The notes below the pieces were generated by a model. It saw nothing but the letters and a program-made list of their open reading frames with translations, was not told where the DNA came from and made no database searches. A DNA stretch of 64,000 bases from Escherichia phage nieznany: sequence record NC_052659.1; one strand, 5' to 3'. The position numbers and the translations under genes are program-made. Below, piece by piece: positions 36,504-45,920 of this stretch (position 1 is its first letter; each line of letters begins with the position of its first letter).

Positions 36504-36785
36504 TCAAGCCTTAGCGTAGAAAAACTTCTCATATTCAGCTTTTGTTACGATTGTGGGGCAACCTTTTGTTCCATCCTCGATAACAGGGGCTTCTACCATT
36601 CTGGTGTTGAATAAGCAATAAGTTCCACGCATATAAATACCCAGTTTTGTTTGTACAATGTGCTCTTTACTTACGCTTGAAAACTTAATCTCACCATCGG
36701 AGTCTCTTATAGCAATAAGCGCATGTTCGGGCCAATCTTTTCCTTTTGCTCCTAAAGCATTATACAGTTCTTGAACGAGTTCCAT
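36504..36785 (-). CDS. hypothetical protein
   Basis: 93 aa ORF. Confidence 0.4.
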   Translation of the reverse strand: MELVQELYNALGAKGKDWPEHALIAIRDSDGEIKFSSVSKEHIVQTKLGIYMRGTYCLFNTRMVEAPVIEDGTKGCPTIVTKAEYEKFFYAKA

Positions 36786-36797
36786 ATTACCTCCTTA

Positions 36798-36971
36798 TTA
36801 AATAACAAATTTTTCTTCTTCTGGTTTATCGTAATCTGGAGAATAAACATGTGCAGGATTAAAACCTTTAAAATTTCCGCGACCTTTACGTGGACAATTG
36901 AATGTGCGAGCTTGATGATCCCCAAAAGATTTCCCACAATGCATACATTTAAAATCAGTGCGTTTAGTCAT
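36798..36971 (-). CDS. small zinc-finger protein
   Basis: AAAGGAG then ATG; CMHCG...CPRKG. Confidence 0.4.
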   Translation of the reverse strand: MTKRTDFKCMHCGKSFGDHQARTFNCPRKGRGNFKGFNPAHVYSPDYDKPEEEKFVI

Positions 36972-37134
36972 GCCGTATCTCCTTTTAAAAGGCTGCACCT
37001 ATTGAAGATGCAGCTTTGATAGATTATTTAGATGAGTCTAAAATGTCTTTTACTTTTGCCGTGATAACGTCTTGATATTTGTTAATAAGATAGCCTACAA
37101 CTACACCTACGATAAATGAAACCATTATTTCTCC

Positions 37135-37743
37135 TTACTTAAGTGGTGAGAGAACAATCTCTCGGTTTTTTAAGAACCAAAGCATGTCATCTTGATCATA
37201 ATCTGATCCCTCTGTAGTAGAATTTTTGATAGAATCAAAAAACCAACGAGGTATACCAAAACAACTTCCAGATGACTGCACGTCTTTCTGTGACATTTTA
37301 AATGTGATTGGAAAATCACAATTATCAATCTCTCGAATATCTGCTGAAGATAAGATTGTAACTTCAACCAGTTCGTCGTTAGATGTAGTATCGTTGTCTT
37401 CCTGAATAATGTCAAATGCTTTTTGCACATCTTTTGCATCTAATGTTAAACCTGTGGCTTTCTGAAAAGCCGAAACAAAAATGAGAGCTTCTTCAGAGCA
37501 AGGGGCTTCCAGCAAATGAGCCATAATAGGTGACAAGCAAATGTTAAGATTTTTGTCATACCAACGAACAATCCACACAGGTGTTGATCCGTTTTGTTTG
37601 TCACGAGCCAAAATTGTAACGTGCTGACCCTCTTCTGGTATATGATACAAACCAGAAAAACCAGGGCCTGTAGTAGATTTTTTGACACGTGCTACATGTC
37701 CCACTTCTAAAGGATCTTTACCATCCCAAATCTTCTCTTCCAT
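37135..37743 (-). CDS. hypothetical protein
   Basis: 202 aa ORF. Confidence 0.5.
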   Translation of the reverse strand: MEEKIWDGKDPLEVGHVARVKKSTTGPGFSGLYHIPEEGQHVTILARDKQNGSTPVWIVRWYDKNLNICLSPIMAHLLEAPCSEEALIFVSAFQKATGLTLDAKDVQKAFDIIQEDNDTTSNDELVEVTILSSADIREIDNCDFPITFKMSQKDVQSSGSCFGIPRWFFDSIKNSTTEGSDYDQDDMLWFLKNREIVLSPLK

Positions 37744-37751
37744 ATAACCTC

Positions 37752-38015
37752 CTAAATAACATCTTTGAAATAGTGAATCACTTCAATATTATGATACAAA
37801 GTGCTTCGCTCTTTTGTGTACTCTGTTTTAGTAACAAACACTTTTGCAATACCGTACTTATGTGCTGGTAGGTTTGGATTAGTTTGCATAATTTCTTTCA
37901 CTACGCTTATAGTTTCGTGCTCGGATTCCCAATAAGTGAAGTAACCCTCACTATCAACGATTAAAGACTCGTTTTCAAGATCTACAAAACAGAAAAATAT
38001 TGACGGATGGCTCAT
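37752..38015 (-). CDS. hypothetical protein
   Basis: 87 aa ORF. Confidence 0.4.
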   Translation of the reverse strand: MSHPSIFFCFVDLENESLIVDSEGYFTYWESEHETISVVKEIMQTNPNLPAHKYGIAKVFVTKTEYTKERSTLYHNIEVIHYFKDVI

Positions 38016-38175
38016 TCTTTTTCTTCAACCTTCCTCAAAGCTTTTTGATCGAATATGGCGTGTTGCAATTCCCCGTTTTCATCGAACCAAGTTACTTTAC
38101 AAGATTCACCATAACTTTCTATTACTGTCATTTGTTTGTTTGCACCTTTAAGGCAAACCACATCACCTACTTGCA

Positions 38176-38625
38176 TCATGATTGAGTTCCTTTTTGTTTT
38201 TCAATAGCTGCACGAATTTCTGCTAAAGGTTCTGCTACCAAGTCTTCAACTTCTTGGATTTGTTCATTCATCACATCACGAACCATTTGAATACGCTCTT
38301 CAAGGGAAACAGCAAGTTCATCTGCATAAGCCATATTAAGAACGTGGTAGAAATTTTCTTGTGCACTTAAAGCACCAGATAACAAATAATCCTGATCTTC
38401 CTCTGGTAAAAGCATGTGTTGCTCATATTCAGCAAAAGTGTTTTTGTTAATCTCAAGCAAAGCACCCATCATAACATCATACTGATAATCTTTATGACCA
38501 GGATTGTTTAAAATAATATCTTCAAAGATATTAAGAAGAATCTTAGTAACAAAAGCATTGTTTTCGGCACCTTCCATCTGACGGATTACCGTGATTACTT
38601 CTTTTTCTTTAGCGTTTTGGCTCAT
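38176..38625 (-). CDS. hypothetical protein
   Basis: 149 aa ORF. Confidence 0.45.
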   Translation of the reverse strand: MSQNAKEKEVITVIRQMEGAENNAFVTKILLNIFEDIILNNPGHKDYQYDVMMGALLEINKNTFAEYEQHMLLPEEDQDYLLSGALSAQENFYHVLNMAYADELAVSLEERIQMVRDVMNEQIQEVEDLVAEPLAEIRAAIEKQKGTQS

Positions 38626-38815
38626 AGTGTTTCTCCTCTGATTCTATTTCGATATAGCCTGTGGTTTTGCACGGGTTACACTCGTAAATTTGACCTACAT
38701 CCGCCATAACATATCCTGCACCACCACAATAGGGGCAAGGCATAGGAGGACAAGGTATGGACGTAGTGATTGTTACGACATTATCAATTTCCAACATTTT
38801 CGCCATTATTACCAT
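38609..38815 (-). CDS. small zinc-ribbon protein
   Basis: CPPMPCPYCGG...CNPCK. Confidence 0.35.
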   Translation of the reverse strand: MVIMAKMLEIDNVVTITTSIPCPPMPCPYCGGAGYVMADVGQIYECNPCKTTGYIEIESEEKHYEPKR

Positions 38816-39057
38816 TCCGCTATTAACGTCAAACCAAGTGCATCGTTAAAACGCTCAACATTTGAGTATAGGTATGGAGGGGTTATTTGCTCTAAAATTT
38901 GTGCTGCTTCCACTTGGTGTTCTATGTTTTGAGAAGTTCGGGCATAAACTAAGACACCCATTTTATTCAAAATAAAAACAGAATCAGACCCATCCAGCTT
39001 ATCAACGGCTGCATACATTTTAGTCATATTTTCTCCTGGATTACCATTCAGCAACAA
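38809..39057 (-). CDS. hypothetical protein
   Basis: 82 aa ORF. Confidence 0.4.
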   Translation of the reverse strand: MLLNGNPGENMTKMYAAVDKLDGSDSVFILNKMGVLVYARTSQNIEHQVEAAQILEQITPPYLYSNVERFNDALGLTLIAEW

Positions 39058-39256
39058 GACTAGGATTCATAGCAAAAGCTTTGAAAGTTGTTATGTCATG
39101 ACTAACATTAAAACTAACACCTTTTACTTTCTCTAATATTTGAACTTTCGTCTCTCCGTCCCACGGTAGGATGATAACACCATCTTCTGTGATCAACCAC
39201 CAATGGTTCTCTCCATCTCGTGAATCTTTTGCTTTGTATAGAAAATTGGAACTCAT
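39041..39256 (-). CDS. hypothetical protein
   Basis: 71 aa ORF. Confidence 0.4.
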   Translation of the reverse strand: MSSNFLYKAKDSRDGENHWWLITEDGVIILPWDGETKVQILEKVKGVSFNVSHDITTFKAFAMNPSLVAEW

Positions 39257-39616
39257 TCTTCCTCCTGTTCGGTATTATTCACCTGTGAGACACAATGTAA
39301 CACAAGTTTTGTGAGTTTGTCAAGGATCTAATTACATTCTACAGAAGAAGAGGGTTAATAACTATAGGAATAGTCTTACTATAGGTGCAATACTAGTTAA
39401 GAGTTAGATTGATAGGTAAGACTTATCTTAAACAGATAATTGATAGGTGAGTCACCATTGACTTTTTCAAAAAAGTATGGTACCCTAAACATATGTTTAC
39501 GAGCGATAGCGAGTAGTAGATTTCTATATAATAATGTTTCATGTTACTCACGATAGTGAGGTATGAAACGTAAGTGAAGGTAGATAAACTATGATCATCT
39601 ATCTACCATCTATTAA

Positions 39617-39826
39617 TCAATATAGATCTAATGTTAGACTAACAGTTATCCAACAAACAATAGCAGTCCATATAACAAGTAATGATCTACAAACTACATC
39701 CCATTCGAATACATTGTATGTTAACCATTCTCCCATCACAACACAAGAACCTAACCAACATCCGACAATAACTATAATCCAATAAAAGAATCCTACAGTA
39801 GAGTATACAGCAAAAGCTTTTAACAT
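39617..39826 (-). CDS. small membrane protein
   Basis: GGAGGAAAG then ATG; hydrophobic with Trp-rich TM segments. Confidence 0.4.
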   Translation of the reverse strand: MLKAFAVYSTVGFFYWIIVIVGCWLGSCVVMGEWLTYNVFEWDVVCRSLLVIWTAIVCWITVSLTLDLY

Positions 39827-40053
39827 CTTTCCTCCAGAAGTTGTTCAACAGTTTGACGAGTATGATTGTCCCAGTAAACCTTAGTGAAGTCAAGAGTTCC
39901 TTGTTCGTTTCTCTTAGTTTCGAAGAAGTATCCGCCTTCTCTTTCTACTCTGTCTCTAATGTGCTCTATGAGGTGCTTTTTACAAGATGCTGATAAACAA
40001 TAGTCATACTCCCCACGAAGTAACGCTATAGCTGCAAGTCTGTTATCACCAAC

Positions 40054-40239
40054 TTAAGATATTGTCCAAGAAAGCATACTACCTTCTATACCTAAAGGTG
40101 TTTGTCGAATGGAATATCCACCATGCCGACTGATAGAAATTATGGCAAGTGGTTCTCCTGTTAGAGATCTTCCTAATGCACCTTCTGTTGGACTTCCTTC
40201 AACAATACGTTTGAAAAAAGCTTTGATCTTACCTAACAT
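40054..40239 (-). CDS. hypothetical protein (followed in-frame, after one TAA, by a 77-codon start-less open frame 39823..40053)
   Basis: AGGGGGA then ATG 40239. Confidence 0.4.
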   Translation of the reverse strand: MLGKIKAFFKRIVEGSPTEGALGRSLTGEPLAIISISRHGGYSIRQTPLGIEGSMLSWTIS

Positions 40240-40256
40240 AAGTCCCCCTTAAAAAC

Positions 40257-40391
40257 TTACTTGTTTAAAGTATCTCTTACTTGTTCTGCTTGACGTTTAG
40301 TAATAAAAGTCCCAACCGAAACGTTAAACTCATTGACTACAGAGAACGATCCATCACGGTTCTCACGAATATTAAACAATTTCTTACTCAT
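40257..40391 (-). CDS. small hypothetical protein (44 aa)
   Basis: GGAGGAGG then ATG; manual translation MSKKLFNIREN... Confidence 0.35.
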   Translation of the reverse strand: MSKKLFNIRENRDGSFSVVNEFNVSVGTFITKRQAEQVRDTLNK

Positions 40392-40587
40392 TTCTACCTC
40401 CTCCGATGCTTTGTGCCGTACCATCCCAAGCCATTAGAATATTTGCCAATAGTTCACGAGGCTCTTTAAACCAAACTTCCATTTCATCAAGAATCTCGTC
40501 CGTGTCGTAAGTATAACCTGGAACACCAAGTTCACATTTCTTAAGATAGCTTTCTAACCAGCGGTGATAATTCTTAACCCCATTCAT
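40384..40587 (-). CDS. hypothetical protein
   Basis: 67 aa ORF. Confidence 0.4.
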   Translation of the reverse strand: MNGVKNYHRWLESYLKKCELGVPGYTYDTDEILDEMEVWFKEPRELLANILMAWDGTAQSIGGGRNE

Positions 40588-40912
40588 ACTGTGCTACCTT
40601 TTCTTTTACCCAATCTACACGATCTTTATCATAATGTTGAGTGCCAAGGAAAAGACCATTGTGGAAACTTTCCTCACCGAAAGGATAAATCGGATCTAAA
40701 CCATCTTCTTCAAATAACATTTTTAGTCTCTGTGATGTAGATTTCTTAGTTTCTGAGTTGTAGCTTGTGGTTATAAGCCAATCTTCCAAACAACGACACA
40801 AACCTTGACGAGAATCCCAAGGAAAAACACAATCTCCGACAGGAGCTTGTTCAGCCCATTTCAACCAGCCTTTAAAAAAGTTATACAGTATGTAGTCTTC
40901 AGTGTAATACAT
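40574..40912 (-). CDS. hypothetical protein, member of 3-copy paralog family (GLC..PF..RVxWVKxRV)
   Basis: AAGGAGGAG then ATG 40912; motif RVDWVKEKV. Confidence 0.45.
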   Translation of the reverse strand: MYYTEDYILYNFFKGWLKWAEQAPVGDCVFPWDSRQGLCRCLEDWLITTSYNSETKKSTSQRLKMLFEEDGLDPIYPFGEESFHNGLFLGTQHYDKDRVDWVKEKVAQYEWG

Positions 40913-40963
40913 TATCTCCTCCTTTACGTATACAATAACACCCCGAAGAACGGGGTGCAACTG

Positions 40964-41575
40964 TTATTTAATCTGTTTGAAAATTTCGTTTGGAACGGTA
41001 CCGTTTAAAATACCTTCTACGATCTCCTGTGCAGATGTGTAAGAGAGTCCAAAAGAAGCTACGCCTAAAATTGCCTCCTTCAAAGGATCTGGCAGGGGTT
41101 CAAAATTACCTGCAACAAAGCCACCTGCACAAGCAGCGCCTTCATCATCCCAGAAAACAACTGCTACATCGTTACCATGCGAAGTTGTGCGATGTGCAAT
41201 AACTTCAACTTCGGTGCCTTCTTTAGGAACAGAATAAGAACTGTCCCAAGAATATCTTTCCAAATCAGGAACAAAGATAACCTTTTCACCTACTGGCGGC
41301 AGTTCACAACGATAATACCAAGAATTTTTTTCGTTCATTGTTTTATTTTCCTCCACGTCTTCAAAAGTAACGATCCAATCGTAGCCGTAAGAAAACGGAT
41401 ATTTTAGATCTAAAGAATAAGTTTGACCTAGATCGTCCTCAACAAGAACCATCCTGTCAAAGTTTGCGATGTTAGGATTATGTTTAATGATAGGGTATGT
41501 TTCCCCTACAGTAAATTGTCCCAAATGGTAAAGTTCATCTCTCCAAGTAATTTGGATATGAGTGCATTGAATCAT
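40964..41575 (-). CDS. hypothetical protein
   Basis: 203 aa ORF. Confidence 0.5.
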   Translation of the reverse strand: MIQCTHIQITWRDELYHLGQFTVGETYPIIKHNPNIANFDRMVLVEDDLGQTYSLDLKYPFSYGYDWIVTFEDVEENKTMNEKNSWYYRCELPPVGEKVIFVPDLERYSWDSSYSVPKEGTEVEVIAHRTTSHGNDVAVVFWDDEGAACAGGFVAGNFEPLPDPLKEAILGVASFGLSYTSAQEIVEGILNGTVPNEIFKQIK

Positions 41576-41579
41576 AAAA

Positions 41580-41852
41580 TCACCCCCAAGAAATATTTAT
41601 ATATCTTACAATGTTTGCACTGTCTAAAGCCATGTTTGCACCACACCCACGCTCGCGCCAGTAACTAACAATACCTTCACAGATACTTTCTTGTATCTTC
41701 TTATCACTTGGCATTTCTAGTATAAGACTTGGGTTGTGGATGTTTATGTTATAATATCCTTCCTCTGCGGCTTGAGCTACCAATTTACTTACTTTTTCAA
41801 AGTACGGGGAATTAGTGGCATCTGCCATTGTTTTTAAGGTTTGTCTATCCAT
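41580..41852 (-). CDS. hypothetical protein
   Basis: 90 aa ORF. Confidence 0.4.
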   Translation of the reverse strand: MDRQTLKTMADATNSPYFEKVSKLVAQAAEEGYYNINIHNPSLILEMPSDKKIQESICEGIVSYWRERGCGANMALDSANIVRYINISWG

Positions 41853-42217
41853 TATTCTGCCTCATCATAGAAGAAATCCAACTCTTGTTCCAGTTGTTTA
41901 ACTCGATCCTTAACCCACTGTACACGTTTTTCATTAAACATGCAACGTTTTTCCTTACACTCTTGCTCAAAAGATTTTGCTGTGTTAAATGGGAAAGTTG
42001 TATCTAAGCCAGCGTTTTCAAAACTGGCTAATTGCATACCATAAACAGAATATGCTAAAGAATGATCGGCTCGAAATTCATCACTTATATACATACGTAG
42101 ACCTCGGCATAAGCCAACATCAGCGTAACCACTTTCTCGTGGAAAGAGACGGAGGTGTTCTAACCAATTATTATAGAAATCTAAAAGAATCCTTTTACAC
42201 TTCAAATCAATTGTCAT
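41852..42217 (-). CDS. hypothetical protein, paralog family member (RVQWVKDRV)
   Basis: AAGGAG then ATG 42217. Confidence 0.45.
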   Translation of the reverse strand: MTIDLKCKRILLDFYNNWLEHLRLFPRESGYADVGLCRGLRMYISDEFRADHSLAYSVYGMQLASFENAGLDTTFPFNTAKSFEQECKEKRCMFNEKRVQWVKDRVKQLEQELDFFYDEAE

Positions 42218-42617
42218 AAAAAGTTTCTCCTTCGTCGAACAAGTTGGCAAGATTGTTCACGGCAATCTGCGTGGAAAGAAGACAACTGTTTGCAGACACA
42301 TAAGCACGAGCTATTTTGTAAACATAGGCTTTCGTATTACAATTGTCCAGGATCGGAAGACTTTCGTCGATAGCATCTATAACACTAAACATCACATCTA
42401 AAACTTTAATGGTGAGTGTTGTATTTGTATCTTCGTAACCTTTTTCAATCCGACCTGAATAGAAAGCATAGTCCTCAACAGTTCGTCGTTTAAACTGCCG
42501 CATAAAATCGGAACCATCTGTAGCAGAATTGAACAAATTTTCAAAAAATACGTCCCATCCGGCAAAAAGGGCTGACAGCATGATTAAGTGATCTACAGAT
42601 TCATTTTCTTGTTTCAT
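42207..42617 (-). CDS. hypothetical protein
   Basis: 136 aa ORF. Confidence 0.45.
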   Translation of the reverse strand: MKQENESVDHLIMLSALFAGWDVFFENLFNSATDGSDFMRQFKRRTVEDYAFYSGRIEKGYEDTNTTLTIKVLDVMFSVIDAIDESLPILDNCNTKAYVYKIARAYVSANSCLLSTQIAVNNLANLFDEGETFYDN

Positions 42618-42625
42618 ATCCTCTC

Positions 42626-43303
42626 CTATTTAATGTTAAGTCTGGCACACAAACGAGAAACAGTTTTAGCATCCCATTTACCACCACGTGCTGTTGCTAT
42701 TTTCTTACTATTGAATTTTTCAGCAATAGTTTTGTAAGGTGTATTTAAATCTCTAAGGATCTCCAAGCGTTCACGGAATGTCTCTGCAAAAGCGTCTGCT
42801 TTAACAGAGTTGTATTCCATTTTTCCTTTTCTACGTGCAGCGGCAGTTTTAGGATTAGCACTACCTAATAAAACACCTTTACTTTTTGCTACAGCAAGAC
42901 CCTTTTTAATGCGATCAGCAATGCCTCTAACTTCTTGTTCAGCCAGAACAGATAGAAGTTGTATAACCATTTTATCTGCGTCTGGCATGATGGCTATCTT
43001 AACATCGATCATTTCTAGAAGAGTTGCTACGGAGGCGTTGTTACGACCCAAGCGGTCAACTTTAGCTACCAATAAAGTTGCTCCGGTAGCTTTACACATT
43101 TCAACCGCTTTAACCAGTTCCTTACGTTGCTTCCAATCGCCCTTACCCGAATAGTATTCAGAAAATTGACCAATAACTTCAGCATCAGGCACAGAGTCTA
43201 AGAAGTAACGGATATCGTTCTCTTGGCTCTCCATACCATATTGTGCCTCACCTTTTTTCTGTTTAGAAAGACGACTGTAAACAACAAACTTTTTCATAAC
43301 CAC
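42626..43303 (-). CDS. serine recombinase (resolvase/invertase family) with C-terminal HTH
   Basis: VYSRLSKQKK (catalytic Ser region), VAKVDRLGRN, C-terminal HTH-like KTIAEKFNSKKIATARGG; own TTGACA-17-TAAAGT promoter. Confidence 0.75.
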   Translation of the reverse strand: MVMKKFVVYSRLSKQKKGEAQYGMESQENDIRYFLDSVPDAEVIGQFSEYYSGKGDWKQRKELVKAVEMCKATGATLLVAKVDRLGRNNASVATLLEMIDVKIAIMPDADKMVIQLLSVLAEQEVRGIADRIKKGLAVAKSKGVLLGSANPKTAAARRKGKMEYNSVKADAFAETFRERLEILRDLNTPYKTIAEKFNSKKIATARGGKWDAKTVSRLCARLNIK

Positions 43304-43367
43304 TCCTAAACCATTGCTGTATTCTCACTTTACAAAACGAATAAACACTTGTCAAGGTATTTATTAT

Positions 43368-43580
43368 TTACAGCCATTCTACTCTTAAGCAGTATTCCTC
43401 GACATGTTGTTTACGCTTGTTTTTATCTATGTAAGTGTATTCAACAAATGTTCCAAGATAGTCCTTGTCTACATTGTGTGGGCTATTGATTGGACATTTA
43501 GTACGACAAACCCGTTGCCACTGACGAAGAATTACGGCTTTGTTTTTAGGATCAAAGGGATGAGGGTAATGTACCTTCAT
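43368..43580 (-). CDS. hypothetical protein
   Basis: 70 aa ORF. Confidence 0.4.
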   Translation of the reverse strand: MKVHYPHPFDPKNKAVILRQWQRVCRTKCPINSPHNVDKDYLGTFVEYTYIDKNKRKQHVEEYCLRVEWL

Positions 43581-43904
43581 TCACGCCTCCTGTTTTAGTC
43601 GAAAAATATTTTGAATAACTAGAGATGTATAGTTATCACTTAGTCCCATAAGTTCTACTTCCAAGTTTCGAATATCTTCTACTGTAGGAGGATATGTTGG
43701 TAAAAATGCTTGAGCATTACCAGATCCAACCTCATTGCTGTAAGCAGTTGTAAAATTGTAAGATACAAAACATGAAACACCTTTTTGTCGGTACCCGATT
43801 AATCGACGAATACACCAGATAAGAGCCAAACCTATGAGAACACCTCCTAAACCAGCTAACAAGAAGGATAAGTTCATAATAGCTTCGTTAACAACTGCTT
43901 GCAT
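43581..43904 (-). CDS. membrane protein (one N-terminal TM helix)
   Basis: LSFLLAGLGGVLIGLALIWCI hydrophobic segment. Confidence 0.4.
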   Translation of the reverse strand: MQAVVNEAIMNLSFLLAGLGGVLIGLALIWCIRRLIGYRQKGVSCFVSYNFTTAYSNEVGSGNAQAFLPTYPPTVEDIRNLEVELMGLSDNYTSLVIQNIFRLKQEA

Positions 43905-43914
43905 TCTTTTCTCC

Positions 43915-44214
43915 TTAGTTATGTAAACCCAAATGTGCTACAACTTCTCTACGATAAGATAACTGCATAGCAATTTTATAGCCAGGATGAAAACCATTTA
44001 CATCAATGTCATCAAACCAAACCTCAAACGAACCGTGCTTAAGAGTCATTAAGTTGATATACCATTCGATAATATAATGATCGTCAGCAATACCTTCGAT
44101 GTAAAATTCTCGGCAACAGTGAGATAGGTCTTCACTTGTTTCACGTTTCCAGTCCTTGATAGCACCTTTCTCTTTGGCTTCATTCAAAATTTTGATCAGG
44201 TCTTCAACTTGCAT
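43915..44214 (-). CDS. hypothetical protein
   Basis: 99 aa ORF. Confidence 0.4.
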   Translation of the reverse strand: MQVEDLIKILNEAKEKGAIKDWKRETSEDLSHCCREFYIEGIADDHYIIEWYINLMTLKHGSFEVWFDDIDVNGFHPGYKIAMQLSYRREVVAHLGLHN

Positions 44215-44267
44215 ATCTATCTCCTTTGTGGTTAATCTTTATATTTTAAATATTGTACCGTCTTCTA

Positions 44268-44681
44268 TCAAATAGCCTCTTTCTCTAAAACAACTCTTTG
44301 GATCACAACATCTTCAATGTTTGCCAAACAATGACCCAAAGTCAATCCTGCCTTGAAAGGTGCTTGTAGTTTGGACTCGGCTTCTACGCGAATAGAATGT
44401 TCCGCTCCACACATCGTGTAATCTACACGGTAAACGTTTAAACCTAAGAACATAGATTCTTCTTCCTCACAACAAGGATTGAGTTCAGCCCATTCCCAAG
44501 CATCTCCTTCTAAAGCAAATGGAGTGTTGTAATTGAAGAAAGTGCAGCGCGGATACTCCCCGTTGAAAGAATCTTTCAACAAGATATATTTCTTACCGTT
44601 TGCGTGGAAGAGTTCTCCTTTGATAACCTTGCCTACAAGGATATCACTGTTAGTAGAACGGGTGCAGATAAACTTTTTCAT
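44268..44681 (-). CDS. hypothetical protein
   Basis: 137 aa ORF. Confidence 0.45.
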   Translation of the reverse strand: MKKFICTRSTNSDILVGKVIKGELFHANGKKYILLKDSFNGEYPRCTFFNYNTPFALEGDAWEWAELNPCCEEEESMFLGLNVYRVDYTMCGAEHSIRVEAESKLQAPFKAGLTLGHCLANIEDVVIQRVVLEKEAI

Positions 44682-44743
44682 GATTTTCTCCTCTTTGTTT
44701 TGATGAGATGATTATGACAAAGACAGATCCTTCTGTCAACGAT

Positions 44744-44965
44744 TTATTTCCACTCGCCTTGATGTTCTTTGATCTCGTAAGAGTAGTATTCGAACATGCT
44801 CATACAAACCACACCTGCCATTTCTAAACAAAGAGGTTTGTCATTATAGAAGGCACTTACTGCTCTTCCTGCTTTATGTGCTGCTTCTTCGGAATCACAA
44901 CCGCAAACGTTATGCACCCAAGGATCAGGGCCATCATATTTAAGACGTACAATCCACATGATCAT
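44744..44965 (-). CDS. hypothetical protein
   Basis: ATGA overlap with upstream gene. Confidence 0.35.
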   Translation of the reverse strand: MIMWIVRLKYDGPDPWVHNVCGCDSEEAAHKAGRAVSAFYNDKPLCLEMAGVVCMSMFEYYSYEIKEHQGEWK

Positions 44966-45189
44966 TCTTCCATCTCGAACCATTCAGGGAACACTTTGTG
45001 GAAGACACGTGTTGTTTCTAAGAGAAATTCCAACTCTTTTTCCAAATCTGCGTTCCAACCGTTTATTTTAACACGGATTGCCAATGCACTTGCACGGCGA
45101 CTCAATTCTTGACAGATTGGATCACGCAGAACTATTGAGTCATAAAACTGACAAACAGCCTCAAGTTCATACCAGTTATAATCCGACAT
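44962..45189 (-). CDS. hypothetical protein
   Basis: 75 aa ORF. Confidence 0.4.
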   Translation of the reverse strand: MSDYNWYELEAVCQFYDSIVLRDPICQELSRRASALAIRVKINGWNADLEKELEFLLETTRVFHKVFPEWFEMEE

Positions 45190-45515
45190 TATTCATCCTC
45201 CTCTGCAATACGATCTCTTACCCAATTAATCCTGTCCACGTTCAGGTGACATACCTTTGCATCTGATTCTAAGACATATGCATCGTAGTTCTCATTGAAA
45301 GGGAGTTCTTGACTCAACCCTTTGTGGTAAAACTGTGCGTGCATTTCATCTGACAAGGTTGTTATAATGGGGTTGTAATTACCTCTGTGCACATAATCGA
45401 ACAAGTTGGCACACAAACCACAATCCCGCCGAAAAGGTTTACCATCAGGAGCACCAACATCAATCCATGCTAGATAAATTTTATAAAACTCCATCAAATC
45501 TTTACTTGTTTTCAT
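45189..45515 (-). CDS. hypothetical protein, paralog family member (RINWVRDRI)
   Basis: 108 aa ORF. Confidence 0.45.
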   Translation of the reverse strand: MKTSKDLMEFYKIYLAWIDVGAPDGKPFRRDCGLCANLFDYVHRGNYNPIITTLSDEMHAQFYHKGLSQELPFNENYDAYVLESDAKVCHLNVDRINWVRDRIAEEDE

Positions 45516-45859
45516 TATTTTACCTCGATCACGTTGATAAATACATCTTCACGACAATCTTTATCGTCCCCGTAGATTTGACCTAATCGTACACATGCGT
45601 TAAAGGCGGATTTTGCGGGAATTTGATATTTACGGACAGGACCATTGTCTTTTGTGTAGGAAACCTCAAAGAGACGAATAGTGTCATCCTCAATTACATG
45701 AAACCGACCACAATCCATAATCAAAGAGATACACAGGGTATCCCCTTCTTCGTCTGTAATATAAAACAAACCTGGATTATCTATAACTTGGGAAGCTAGA
45801 TACTGCTTACCCTCTTTAAGGAACTCGACAGAAGACTCTGCACATAAAAGTTTAATCAT
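45515..45859 (-). CDS. hypothetical protein
   Basis: 114 aa ORF. Confidence 0.45.
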   Translation of the reverse strand: MIKLLCAESSVEFLKEGKQYLASQVIDNPGLFYITDEEGDTLCISLIMDCGRFHVIEDDTIRLFEVSYTKDNGPVRKYQIPAKSAFNACVRLGQIYGDDKDCREDVFINVIEVK

Positions 45860-45920
45860 TTTTCTCTCCTTATCTGTGTTGATAATGTATGTATACCATA
45901 CATAAAAGAAATGTCAAAGT

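Noticed and set aside
39257-39616. 360-bp gene-free stretch with repeated ATTGATAGGT(A/G)AG and TACTATAGG motifs as a possible second origin or ncRNA
   Set aside because: Repeats are few (two copies each) and short; not enough structure to call a feature. A promoter-bearing leader for the minus-strand gene at 39041..39256 is the simpler explanation.
42810-43154. Plus-strand 114-aa ORF
   Set aside because: Lies entirely inside the well-supported minus-strand serine recombinase gene, has no RBS, and is Ala/Leu/Ser/Arg-rich as expected for an antisense frame.
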